DNA of 64,000 nt, taken from Dehalococcoidia bacterium. Its GTDB lineage: Bacteria > Chloroflexota > Dehalococcoidia > Lucifugimonadales > UBA3495. Shown piece by piece: positions 1-9,034 of this stretch. The stretch covers positions 198,024 through 262,023 of the forward strand of contig CBDCQE010000003.1 in NCBI GenBank assembly GCA_965220505.1. The letters are read 5' to 3'. The notes under the pieces were generated by a model. It had not been told where the DNA came from, searched no databases, and saw only the letters and a program-made list of their open reading frames with translations. A program made the position numbers and the translations under genes. Each line of letters begins with the position of its first letter. Position 1 is the stretch's first letter.

Positions 1-1
1 C

Positions 2-397
2 ACCTTCATGAACCTGTCCGGGGAGTCGGTAGGCTACCTGCTGGCGCGGTTCGGCGGGAAGCCAGCGGACCTGGTGATCGTGTACGACGAGATGGCGTTG
101 CCGTTGGGGCGCATCCGCCTGCGCGCGCGGGGTTCCGACGCCGGACACAACGGCATCAAGGACATCATCCGGACGGTGCGTACCATTGACTTCCCCCGGC
201 TGCGCATCGGCATCGGCGGGCCGGGAATGTCGGGCAGCGTCGACCACGTTCTGGGCCGGTTCTCGGATGAGGAGCAACCGGCGGTGAAGGCGTCCATTGA
301 GCGGGCCGCCGAGGCCGTGGAGTGCCTGCTTGCCGACGGGATCAACGTCGCGATGAACCGGTACAACACGGATCCGCAGGCCGAGCCGTCAGCGTAA
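2..397 (+). CDS. pth: peptidyl-tRNA hydrolase (C-terminal ~130 aa; 5' end outside window)
   Basis: Frame is open from the window edge. The TFMNLSGESVGYLL, LRARGSDAGHNGIKDI and RLRIGIG segments match the conserved Pth core. Stop at 395-397. Confidence 0.9.
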   Translation, partial: TFMNLSGESVGYLLARFGGKPADLVIVYDEMALPLGRIRLRARGSDAGHNGIKDIIRTVRTIDFPRLRIGIGGPGMSGSVDHVLGRFSDEEQPAVKASIERAAEAVECLLADGINVAMNRYNTDPQAEPSA

Positions 398-465
398 ATT
401 AGCTACGGGTTCATGAAAGTGTCGAGAACAGGCAACCAACAACCACCCACCAGGGGTGCGCCGCG

Positions 466-2568
466 ATGGGCATAAGGCGACTGATTACCGGCGCGGCGTT
501 AGCCGCGTTTTTGCTGATCGGTCCGGCCTGCGACTCGGGCGTTCCCGCGTCGGAGACGTCAGTCGCTGAGCGCGCTTCCGGCGGGCCTTCCAGTCCGTCG
601 CCGCCGGCAGACCGTCAGGTTGAACCTCCGACACCGACCCGCGACGTCGTTCCCAGCGTCAACAGCGCCGGAGAGCCGCCAGGGGCGATAAAACCGGTGG
701 CAGTCGTTCCATCAACCGTTCCGGACGACGTGATGGTTGCTGCCGATTTTCCCGTTCCGCCGGATCGTGACCTGCTGGAGTTGGCCCGGCAATTGCGCTG
801 GGACGGAGTGGAACCCGACCCGCAGCCGGCGCGCTTCGCGGACGGCCTTCCCGAAGTCGGACACACGACGAACTTCTGGACGCTGGACTATCCACGCAGC
901 CGGATGGTGAGCAAGGAGTTTGTCCTGGCCGCCGTATCCGAGCACGCCTATTGGTGGATCGAACAGGGATTGAAGGTGGACGACGCTGACCTGCAACGGT
1001 CGGTCGCCGACGTGGAGGAGCAGATCTACCCGCGCGTTACGGCAGCCTTTGGCGCGGCGCCGGGCTGGGCCGCAGACCCGCAGCGGGGGCACATCATCAA
1101 CGGGAGGATACCGGGCGTTGGCGGGTACGTGTCGGGCGCGGACCCCTATCCGGCATCGGTGCAGCCGTACAGCAACGGTGTCCCCGCCATCTACATCAAC
1201 GCTCGGGAAATTCCCCTGGGCAGCCTGGAATACCTGACTGTGCTGGCCCACGAGCTCCAGCACGGCATCCACTGGTACGCGGACCCGGCGGAGGCCACGT
1301 GGCTCAACGAAGGGCTGTCCGAATTGGCCGTCACCGAAGCCGGGTATTCGCCGGGCAGCATGCGATACTACCTGCGGCGGCCCAATGCGTCGCTGGTCAA
1401 TTGGCCGAAGGATCTGGACGGCGATATCGGCCTGAATTACGGGGCGGCGGCGTTGTTTGTCCACTACCTGCGGGAGCGTTATGTCCCCGAGGGCGGTTTG
1501 CATGACCTCCTGGCCGGGCCGGACAACGGTATCGCCGCTGTGAACGCTTTTCTAGTGGAGCAGGGGGCCGAAACCGCCGGCGGAGAACCGGCCGATTTCC
1601 ACACGGTATTCGCCGACTGGATGGTGGCAAACCTGCTCGACAACGATCCGGGTCCGTTCGGATACGCGGGCCTGGATGTGGAGGCAGACACCACCAGGAC
1701 GGAAGGCGTGGGCGACGACGGGACGAAAGTGTCGCTCCCTCAGTACGGCATCGACTACATCGAAGTGAAGGATGCCAACGGCTACGGCACAGTGCACTTT
1801 GAAGGCGCCGGGGTAACCCAATTGCTGCCCACGGAAGTGCCCGAAGGCGGGTGCTGGTGGAGCAATCGGGGCGATGACACTTCATCAACGCTGACGCGCG
1901 AGCTGACGGTGCCGGCGGCAGGGTCAAGCGGCGAAGAACCGTCGCTGACGTTCCATCTCTGGTACGACATCGAGGAAGATTGGGACTATCTGTACGTTCA
2001 GGTATCCACCGATGACGGACTGACCTGGGACGCGCTTCCCGCCGAGGGCACGACCGACGCCAACCCGCTGGGCAACAGCTACGGCCACGGCTACACCGGA
2101 TCCGAAGGTTGGACCAAAGTGGCGGTTACGCTGACCGACTACGCCGGCCAGAAAGCGCAGGTGCGGTTCCACCACGTGACGGACGACGCCATCCACGGCA
2201 TCGGGGCCTGCGTGCACGACATGGCGTTTTCGTGGGACACCGGCGCGCCGGATGGAGAGGACTGGCGGGCGGACGGCTTCGTTCCGGTCAACAATCGGGT
2301 GCGGCAGGACTGGATCGTATGGGTTGTCGAGGACAGCGCGGAGCCGTCCGCGACGAGGATGGAACTGGAGTGGGACGCCGACAGCCAGCAGTATGCCGGT
2401 CACGTTGTCCATTCGCCGGTGGCCGACGGCGGGCGGTTGGTAGTGGCGGTGGCGCCGACGGCGCCGGCCACCATGGAGCGGGCCCGGTACCGGGTCTGGA
2501 GCAGGGATGGGCGGATCAGGGACGGGGAAGGTGTCCTGGGGCCGCCAAGCCAGCAAGGGCCCGGGTGA
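466..2568 (+). CDS. secreted zinc metallopeptidase (gluzincin HExxH...WLNEG; InhA-like C-terminal region)
   Basis: 700-aa ORF with a hydrophobic leader ending LLIGPAC. HELQH at 1249-1263, with WLNEGLSE starting at 1300 (Glu 16 residues after the second His). C-terminal LWYDIEEDWDYLYVQVSTDDGLTW motif as in secreted InhA-type peptidases. Confidence 0.75.
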   Translation: MGIRRLITGAALAAFLLIGPACDSGVPASETSVAERASGGPSSPSPPADRQVEPPTPTRDVVPSVNSAGEPPGAIKPVAVVPSTVPDDVMVAADFPVPPDRDLLELARQLRWDGVEPDPQPARFADGLPEVGHTTNFWTLDYPRSRMVSKEFVLAAVSEHAYWWIEQGLKVDDADLQRSVADVEEQIYPRVTAAFGAAPGWAADPQRGHIINGRIPGVGGYVSGADPYPASVQPYSNGVPAIYINAREIPLGSLEYLTVLAHELQHGIHWYADPAEATWLNEGLSELAVTEAGYSPGSMRYYLRRPNASLVNWPKDLDGDIGLNYGAAALFVHYLRERYVPEGGLHDLLAGPDNGIAAVNAFLVEQGAETAGGEPADFHTVFADWMVANLLDNDPGPFGYAGLDVEADTTRTEGVGDDGTKVSLPQYGIDYIEVKDANGYGTVHFEGAGVTQLLPTEVPEGGCWWSNRGDDTSSTLTRELTVPAAGSSGEEPSLTFHLWYDIEEDWDYLYVQVSTDDGLTWDALPAEGTTDANPLGNSYGHGYTGSEGWTKVAVTLTDYAGQKAQVRFHHVTDDAIHGIGACVHDMAFSWDTGAPDGEDWRADGFVPVNNRVRQDWIVWVVEDSAEPSATRMELEWDADSQQYAGHVVHSPVADGGRLVVAVAPTAPATMERARYRVWSRDGRIRDGEGVLGPPSQQGPG

Positions 2569-3178
2569 GCAGGCATTCGGCGAATTCGGGCAGGCCGCCG
2601 GAGCGGTCGCAGGTGAAGCAGCGCCAGGTCACCGCGGGCAGCGAAACTTGCAGCGACGCCGGGTTACTGCAGAATGGACAGGCGCCCCGCATCTTCCGGC
2701 GCTGGCGGGTGGTATTGCCAAGGTGGGACAGGGGCGTGAACGCGCCGACCAACTGGAGCAATCTTCCCCGGCGCACCGGCCCGGTTGGGTCGTCTCCCAT
2801 ATTTCGGCTACCCCGGCGGCGCAATTCCGCGAGCAGGTCCGGCGCGATGGCCGGCAATTGCTCCCGGATGCGCCGGTCGACTTGCCACGGACCAGGCCCC
2901 AAGCCGGCGGCCCGTGCGGACACGACCACCAGGGTGTACAGTCCCGCGCTGCTCAGGACCGGCAAGCCGGAGGCCAGGTCACCGTTGGACGCTGCCCAAA
3001 GGTGAGCCATGAACTGGTGCAGATGGTCGTCCGTGTAGTCCGGAAACCGCGTCGCCGGCCATTCCGCAGGAGTATCGTCATCTCCCGCAAGATATAGGTA
3101 ACTGTCCGTCGGAAACGAACTGGTCACAATGAAGGAAACCTCCGGTGATGGTTGACTCCACGATATGGAATCATGCAC
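2516..3178 (-). CDS. hypothetical protein with C-terminal CHC2-like (primase-type) zinc finger
   Basis: 220-aa ORF co-directional with nudC, 75 nt downstream of it. C-terminal CPFCSNPASLQVSLPAVTWRCFTCDRSGGLPEF resembles the CPFHxExTPSFxV...CFGCGxxGD CHC2 pattern. The N-terminal ~160 aa is unrecognised. The 3' end overlaps the convergent peptidase gene by 53 nt. Confidence 0.5.
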   Translation of the reverse strand: MHDSISWSQPSPEVSFIVTSSFPTDSYLYLAGDDDTPAEWPATRFPDYTDDHLHQFMAHLWAASNGDLASGLPVLSSAGLYTLVVVSARAAGLGPGPWQVDRRIREQLPAIAPDLLAELRRRGSRNMGDDPTGPVRRGRLLQLVGAFTPLSHLGNTTRQRRKMRGACPFCSNPASLQVSLPAVTWRCFTCDRSGGLPEFAECLLTRALAGLAAPGHLPRP

Positions 3179-3253
3179 CGGAGGCGCAACGGGCCGATGT
3201 CAGCAGATTTTCGCCTGAACGGCAGTTGCTCGCTGAGGATGGCGATCCAGAGT

Positions 3254-4189
3254 CTACCCACTCGATGCGCCGGTGGCCCACGACTTGATCAGGTGGTGAG
3301 CAATGGCAATGGGTCCGGGCACAGTCAGTTCCTCGCTGCGGCCTTCCAGGGCCAACAGGACCTCCGAGCGGTCGAACCAGCGGACGTCGGTCATCTCCTC
3401 GTCGTCCATGTTGATGTCGGTGGTGTCGGCCTCGGCCAGGCACCCTATCATCAGCGAGGACGGGAAGGGCCACGGCTGGGACGAATGGTAGCGGACGTTC
3501 TTGACCTTGATACCGGCTTCCTCCATGACCTCGCGGGCCACGGCCTCTTCAATGGCCTCGCCCTGGTCCATGAAGCCGGCCAGGGCGGAGTAGGCGCGCA
3601 TGCGTTGCAGCCTTCCCCGGGACTGGCCCAGCAGGCAGCGGTCGCGTTCCACGTCGGCCACGACGGTGATCACCACCGGGTCGGTGCGGGGGAAATGCTG
3701 GGCGTTGCAGGCCGGGCACTGTCGAACCTGGCCGCCGCGTTTCTTGTCCGTGGCATGGCCGCACACGGAGCAGAACCCGTGACGCAAGTTCCAGTCCAAT
3801 TGCGCGCGGGCGTGGGACAGCAGGCCGGTGTTGGGGCCGGACATGGTCTCGCCGGCGGTGCGACAATCCTCGAAGCGCCAGCCTGTCTCTTCCTCCACCC
3901 GGTCGGCCGCGCCAGCGGACTTGGACAGGTCAATGGAGAAGTGAGCCACGTCGTCCAGCAGACCCAGAAAGATCCATTCCGCTTCGGGAGGCAACGAGCG
4001 CAACATGGCCGGGCTGAGCCAGCCCAGTTCGGGCGGGGTCTGGTCAGTCAAGAGCACGTTGAGGTTGCGGAAGGGCAGGAACCTGCTGGCCGGATCCGCG
4101 GCCTGTTGCAGTATCCAGTCCTCGTCGCGGCGCTCAGCCTCACCGCGATTGATGGGGTTGTCGGCAAAGATGTGGGGTGGGTAAGTCAT
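3254..4189 (-). CDS. nudC: NAD+ diphosphatase (NADH pyrophosphatase), Nudix family with zinc ribbon
   Basis: CSVCGHATDKKRGGQVRQCPACNAQHFPRTDP zinc ribbon, followed by a canonical Nudix box GFMDQGEAIEEAVAREVMEEAGI (Gx5Ex7REUxEExGU). Confidence 0.85.
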   Translation of the reverse strand: MTYPPHIFADNPINRGEAERRDEDWILQQAADPASRFLPFRNLNVLLTDQTPPELGWLSPAMLRSLPPEAEWIFLGLLDDVAHFSIDLSKSAGAADRVEEETGWRFEDCRTAGETMSGPNTGLLSHARAQLDWNLRHGFCSVCGHATDKKRGGQVRQCPACNAQHFPRTDPVVITVVADVERDRCLLGQSRGRLQRMRAYSALAGFMDQGEAIEEAVAREVMEEAGIKVKNVRYHSSQPWPFPSSLMIGCLAEADTTDINMDDEEMTDVRWFDRSEVLLALEGRSEELTVPGPIAIAHHLIKSWATGASSG

Positions 4190-4257
4190 ACGATTTCCTT
4201 AATCCAGTAACGGCGCCGCCAACGCAGAGGTTGTGTTGGTTCGGCATCATCTGGTAC

Positions 4258-6219
4258 TCAGACCACATCCGCGAGGATGTTTCGTTCCACGTACCGACGG
4301 AAAGCCGGCAAGTCAGTGAACACTCTGAAACCCTCGTCAGAAACTGCGCGTAGCACGGCGTCTTCCTCTTCGATAAGCAAAGCGACAGGCTCACTGAACC
4401 CAACTTGCATGCCCGCAGGCCAAGCCAAGTCTAGCGTAATAGGCTCACCAGGATACTCAGGAGTAATCTCGTAAGCTAATTCACCAGTAGGTAGACCGTT
4501 TTCGATTGCGAAACGATTGGCGTTCGCCAAGATCACTGCCTCATCATCCGGGTCCGGATCACTCGCCACGATGGAAGCAACAGGCTGCTGGAGTTTCATA
4601 TCAGCGGATATCATCTCAGCTGGAGGTATGACCCCGGCGCGCAACGTTGCCAGCATTTCGTTGGCAGCGCCGGCGAGTAGGCGGCGCCGTGCGTCAAGGA
4701 AACGGTGGTAGTTTTCCACCTTCCACAGCTCTGGATCCATGGGTATCCATTGGGACTCCAGTGTGCCAGGCCAGTTGGCGGCAACTTCCAGCATATATTC
4801 GGCGGGCATACGGTCGCCGAGGGCACGGTTGGTTTCCTGCGTTTGAAAGGCTATATTGCCTAAGTTATTGGCGTCTTTGGCGGAGATTCCATTGCGACCC
4901 AAGAAGGCTTTCGGGAAGATGTGATGCAATTCCAGGTTGGTATGGTCACCCAGACTGTGGTGCCGCAGCTGGTTGCCTGTACCCCAGTCGCGGGCATCCT
5001 GTATGCGAGACATAATGTACAGCAGCGGGTAGAACCGTGCTCTGGTGTAATTTAGGTCAAAGTCTTCGTGGGTGACCTCGCGCTCACCATGGCTCTGTCG
5101 CAGATTGCGCAGTAGGCCATCGAAGGGATCTGGCGCTTGCAGCGCGGCCAGGTCCTGGTTGATGACCGTTTCCGTCGGCCCGGCGTAACGGCCCCAGATG
5201 GCGACGCTCACGTACCAATGCAATAGTCGTGCCACCGTTGCCTGCTCGGGCCGATGCCCGCCGAGGTCCACCACGTACTTAACCATCACCGGGAACGCCG
5301 ATTTGCTGCTGTACACGCGGTCGGTGTCCATATGCAGGTGGGTGCGCATGACTTCGATCAGGTAATCAATCGCACGTTCCGTTTGTTGCAACGCATCCTG
5401 GATACGCTCAATGCCGTTCTTTTCCGGTACCAGCCGTTCAAACTCGGAGTTTTGGTTGACCACCGCGTTCATGCAGCGCAGCAGCCAGTCCAGGTTTGCG
5501 CCATTAGGTCCAAATCCGACGCTTTCCCACTTGCTCAGCCGTTGCTGCATCTCTGCGCGCGCGTCGGGCCAGCTGGCTGCTATGCGGGCCAGCGCCAAGT
5601 CGCCTTTGGACAACTTGGTGCCGCCGGAGTTAACCTTGTTGAATACGTCAACCACTACATCAGTTGTTTTGTCGGCGCCGGTAATCTCTAGTATGGGCAT
5701 ATCGAAGTTGCCGATTTGCCTCACTTTCAACCCGCGCTGCACGTAATCGCTCACGCTAACAGCGTATTCCGGATTACTGGTCAGAGAATTAATCCAGCCA
5801 TTATCATCCGCAAAGAGGGCGGTAACACTGACCCACAGCGGATCATTCTGCATCTTCACTGGAGCGAAAAAATCAAATTCTTCGCCTTCCAGGTTGAAGT
5901 ACAAGTCGGTAAAGGCTTTGGCGTCGCCCTCAAAGAAAACAGGCGGCTTCCCGCGAACCAAGCCGTAAAGGCTGGTTACTCGCTGCTGACCGTCCAACAG
6001 CAGCTTTATGGCACCTGATGTTCGTGCCCCACCATTGCCGCGCACTTCAACCTGTTCAGCATTGGTGGTCCAGGTCAGCAATGCTCCCACAGGGTACTCG
6101 TGGTACAACGAGTTCATTAGGTCTTTCACCTGCCGGCGCTTCCACACGTAGCCACGCTGAAACATTGGAAGAGCGAGGGACTCGTTGTCGATATTGTTGA
6201 GAATGTCAATAACTTTCAT
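4258..6219 (-). CDS. DUF262/DUF1524 (GmrSD-like) putative type IV / modification-dependent restriction endonuclease
   Basis: 653-aa ORF. The N-terminus has LPMFQRGYVW and LLLDGQQRVTSLYG (DGQQR, ParB-like DUF262). Later, LELHHIFPKAFL...NNLGNIAFQTQETNRALGDRMPAEY is a His-Me finger of DUF1524 type. Visibly lower GC than its neighbours. Confidence 0.8.
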   Translation of the reverse strand: MKVIDILNNIDNESLALPMFQRGYVWKRRQVKDLMNSLYHEYPVGALLTWTTNAEQVEVRGNGGARTSGAIKLLLDGQQRVTSLYGLVRGKPPVFFEGDAKAFTDLYFNLEGEEFDFFAPVKMQNDPLWVSVTALFADDNGWINSLTSNPEYAVSVSDYVQRGLKVRQIGNFDMPILEITGADKTTDVVVDVFNKVNSGGTKLSKGDLALARIAASWPDARAEMQQRLSKWESVGFGPNGANLDWLLRCMNAVVNQNSEFERLVPEKNGIERIQDALQQTERAIDYLIEVMRTHLHMDTDRVYSSKSAFPVMVKYVVDLGGHRPEQATVARLLHWYVSVAIWGRYAGPTETVINQDLAALQAPDPFDGLLRNLRQSHGEREVTHEDFDLNYTRARFYPLLYIMSRIQDARDWGTGNQLRHHSLGDHTNLELHHIFPKAFLGRNGISAKDANNLGNIAFQTQETNRALGDRMPAEYMLEVAANWPGTLESQWIPMDPELWKVENYHRFLDARRRLLAGAANEMLATLRAGVIPPAEMISADMKLQQPVASIVASDPDPDDEAVILANANRFAIENGLPTGELAYEITPEYPGEPITLDLAWPAGMQVGFSEPVALLIEEEDAVLRAVSDEGFRVFTDLPAFRRYVERNILADVV

Positions 6220-6788
6220 GGCCCGTTTCCAGTTGCATTGAAAACTCGTGGGATCATATCACATAGACGGATTTTTCCGGTTCGCAGTTTCGAGTGTCAC
6301 GTAAAGCGGTTATCCGCAGTTCGTGAGCCGCCGCCAGTCGTTGCCGCGCCGGGTCAACCACCAGCAGCGCGCCTTCCAGGGTGTACATACCGGGCTGCGC
6401 GGGGGCGCTTGCGTCGGTGAAAACGACTTGGTGGTCCCCTCAATTCCTGCCACGCTCACGCGGCTTTCCCGATGTCATCCTCCACAACGCTGCCGTCCGC
6501 CTGGGTTCCTGCTTTCGCAGGAATGACGCAGTTAGGCAGATGCCGTGGGTAGGTCATATAAATTCACCTGGCCGGTCATGCTCGGGTCTCGTTGGCTCAC
6601 GCACGGTGCGTCATGGGGCGTTTTATAACCCAAGCTTGCCAGTGCGACAAGGACTGGAGCAGTGTCGCGGATTTTCCGGTCGCCGCAACGCGTGTTGCCC
6701 GGCCACCACCAGCCAATTAGAATGCCCTCAAACTCAAGCAATGGCATTCCCAGTGGCAGGATTACACGCGAACAAGGAGGCCGGACAG

Positions 6789-8171
6789 ATGGCGCTTTGG
6801 AGACCCGACCCCACCTTCTACCCTTCGGCGCGGCTGGCGATGGAGGCTCCACAGGAGCGTCTGGCCTACGTCGCCGTCCTCAACCCAGGTTCGGGCGAAC
6901 CGGATGCGATGACCGTGGTGGACTGCGACCCCAACTCGGCCTCGTATTCCCAGGTGGTCCACTCATTGGAAATGCCCAACGTGGGCGACGAGTTACACCA
7001 TTTCAACTGGAACGCCTGCAGCGCGGCGCTCTGCCCCTCTTCGGCTCATCCCCATCTGGAGCGTCGTTACCTGGTAGTTCCCAGCCTGGCCAACAGCCGT
7101 ATCTACATCATCGACACGCAACCCGACCCGGAGCGGCCGCGGATCGTCAAGACCATTGAGGCCGAGCAGGTGCATCGGGCCGGCTACAGTCGCCCCCATA
7201 CCGTTCACTGCGGGCCGGACGCGATTTACGTCAGCGCCCTGGGCTCCGCGGAGGGAGATCGCCCCGGGGGCATCATGCTGCTGGACCACTATACCTTCGA
7301 GCCTATCGGGCCTTGGGAATTGGACCGGGGGCCGCAAGAACTGGCCTACGATTTCTGGTGGCACATCGGCATTGACACCATGATGACCAGCGAATGGGGA
7401 ACTCCTGAGATGTTCGAAAGCGGGGCCCGGCTTGAGGACGTAGTGGGCCAGAATTATGGCCACGTCCTGCACTTCTGGGATATGCGCCGCCGCGCTCACC
7501 GCCAGGCAGTCGACCTGGGAGCGCAGCATCAGATGGCCCTTGAGCTGCGCCCGGCACACAACCCGACCCGGCACTACGGCTTCTGCGGAGTGGTCGTGAG
7601 CACCGAGGACCTGTCGGGCTCAATCTTCCTGTGGCACCGCGACGGCGACCAGTGGGCTGCGACCAAGGTGATTTCCATCCCGGCCGAACCTGCCGACGCC
7701 TCGGAGTTGCCACCGGCGTTGCAGCCATTGGGCGCGGTACCTCCCCTGATCACCGACATCGACCTGTCGCTGGACGACCGTTTCCTCTACATCTCGTGCT
7801 GGGGCACCGGCAAGCTGCTGCAGTTCGACGTTTCGGACCCCTTCAACCCCAAGCAGACCGGCGAGTTGGAAATGGGTGGTGTCGTCCGCCAGGCTCCCCA
7901 TCCCAACGGAGCCGCCCTGACCGGCGGGCCGCAGATGGTGGAAATCAGTCGTGACGGTCGTCGGGTTTATCTCACCAATTCCCTGTATTCCTCCTGGGAC
8001 GACCAGTTCTATCCTAACGGGCTGAATGGTTGGCTCAGCCGCATCGACGTGAACCCTGAGGGCGGTATGTCGGTCAACCCCGATTTCTTCGTCGATTACG
8101 GTAAGACACGCACCCACCAGGTGCGGCTGCAGGGAGGCGACGCCTCGTCCGATACGTACTGCTTCCCATAG
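6789..8171 (+). CDS. selenium-binding protein (SBP56) family / methanethiol-oxidase-like protein
   Basis: MALWRPDPTFYPSARLAMEAPQERLAYVAVLNP..., ELHHFNWNACSAALCP and SRIYIIDTQPDP are characteristic of the SBP56 family. The start was moved to the ATG at 6789, which follows AAGGAGG (6773-6779). The 408-nt upstream extension in the ORF track looks non-coding. Confidence 0.85.
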   Translation: MALWRPDPTFYPSARLAMEAPQERLAYVAVLNPGSGEPDAMTVVDCDPNSASYSQVVHSLEMPNVGDELHHFNWNACSAALCPSSAHPHLERRYLVVPSLANSRIYIIDTQPDPERPRIVKTIEAEQVHRAGYSRPHTVHCGPDAIYVSALGSAEGDRPGGIMLLDHYTFEPIGPWELDRGPQELAYDFWWHIGIDTMMTSEWGTPEMFESGARLEDVVGQNYGHVLHFWDMRRRAHRQAVDLGAQHQMALELRPAHNPTRHYGFCGVVVSTEDLSGSIFLWHRDGDQWAATKVISIPAEPADASELPPALQPLGAVPPLITDIDLSLDDRFLYISCWGTGKLLQFDVSDPFNPKQTGELEMGGVVRQAPHPNGAALTGGPQMVEISRDGRRVYLTNSLYSSWDDQFYPNGLNGWLSRIDVNPEGGMSVNPDFFVDYGKTRTHQVRLQGGDASSDTYCFP

Positions 8172-8208
8172 CGGACGCAATCACGTCGGCTTTTGGGCCG
8201 TCGGAGCG

Positions 8209-8928
8209 GTGATGCCGGCAGTGCTGCTGCACGCCCTCATCCCCGATCCGGCGGCCCTCGCGTCGCTGGGGCCGTGGCTGGGACTGGCGGCGCTGGGCCT
8301 GTTCCACGGTCTGAACCCGGCCATGGGGTGGCTGTTCGCGGTGGCCCTGGCTTTGCAACGGCAACGCCCGATCCAGTTGTACACGGCCACGGGATACATC
8401 GCCGTCGGCCATTTGGCATCCGTGGCCGTGGTCATGGCGGCGCTGCTACTGGCCGGGGCGTTTCTGCCGTTGCGGTGGGTGCGGATCGCTGCCGGCGCGA
8501 TATTGCTGGGGTTCGGCCTGTTCCGATTGGCGCTTTACTACCGGCATCCCCGCTGGGTGGGCATGAACGTGGACGGCCGGGATTTGATCGTGTGGTCGTT
8601 TTTGATGGCGACGGCCCACGGCGCAGGGCTGATGCTGGCGCCCGTGGCGTTGGCCCTGACCGGACCGGGCGCTCAGTCGGGGATCGCCGGCGACCTGGGC
8701 GAGCACGGCGGCTTTCTCTCATTGACGGACGCCCCGATATGGTGGCTGGTTGGTCTCCTGATGCACACCATAGTCATGCTGATGGCAATGCTGGCAGCAG
8801 CGGCGGTGGTCTATTATCAGGTTGGCCTGGCGTTTTTGCGGAGGGGGTGGATCAACCTTGACCTGCTGTGGGCCGGCTCTCTGGTCGCGGCCGGCCTGAT
8901 CACGCTGGTATGGGCGCTGGTAGACTAG
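8209..8928 (+). CDS. polytopic membrane protein of unknown function
   Basis: 239-aa ORF, 38 nt after the SBP56 gene, with about six hydrophobic helices. The FHGLNPAMGW motif is vaguely metal-transporter-like. Function not assignable. Confidence 0.6.
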   Translation: MMPAVLLHALIPDPAALASLGPWLGLAALGLFHGLNPAMGWLFAVALALQRQRPIQLYTATGYIAVGHLASVAVVMAALLLAGAFLPLRWVRIAAGAILLGFGLFRLALYYRHPRWVGMNVDGRDLIVWSFLMATAHGAGLMLAPVALALTGPGAQSGIAGDLGEHGGFLSLTDAPIWWLVGLLMHTIVMLMAMLAAAAVVYYQVGLAFLRRGWINLDLLWAGSLVAAGLITLVWALVD

Positions 8929-9034
8929 CCGCCAATTCCCCGGATCGGCCGATGCAAACGTGGGTGGATGGGTTCAGGTATCCCAGTTGGTGAATCGGCG
9001 GTATTGCACCCAGCGGGGCCCGGTCCATTCGCCG

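Noticed and set aside
3152-4210. 352-aa plus-strand ORF opposite nudC. Similar long ORFs occur at 9158-10018, 10706-11626, 39398-40408, 41226-42317, 42597-43364, 46940-48037, 52703-54004, 56387-57613, 57996-59051, 60120-61079, 28750-29571, 29812-30786, 31816-32742 and 35619-36560.
   Set aside because: Each overlaps a gene with clear family motifs, on the opposite strand or, for 60120-61079, in another frame of the same strand. Their translations are Gly/Arg/Ala/Pro/His-rich and low in complexity, typical of stop-poor shadow frames in high-GC DNA.
6300-6460. Minus-strand peptide ...VVFTDASAPAQPGMYTLEGALLVVDP..., considered as a possible RNase H-like (TDAS) gene remnant next to the GmrSD-like gene.
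   Set aside because: It is bounded by a stop a few codons upstream and is only ~60 codons long. The resemblance rests on a 4-residue motif.
6381-6788. N-terminal 136-codon extension of the SBP56 ORF in the track.
   Set aside because: The extension is Arg/Cys/Ser-rich and contains the intergenic hairpin repeat. A strong AAGGAGG-ATG start at 6789 gives the canonical SBP56 N-terminus and length (~460 aa).
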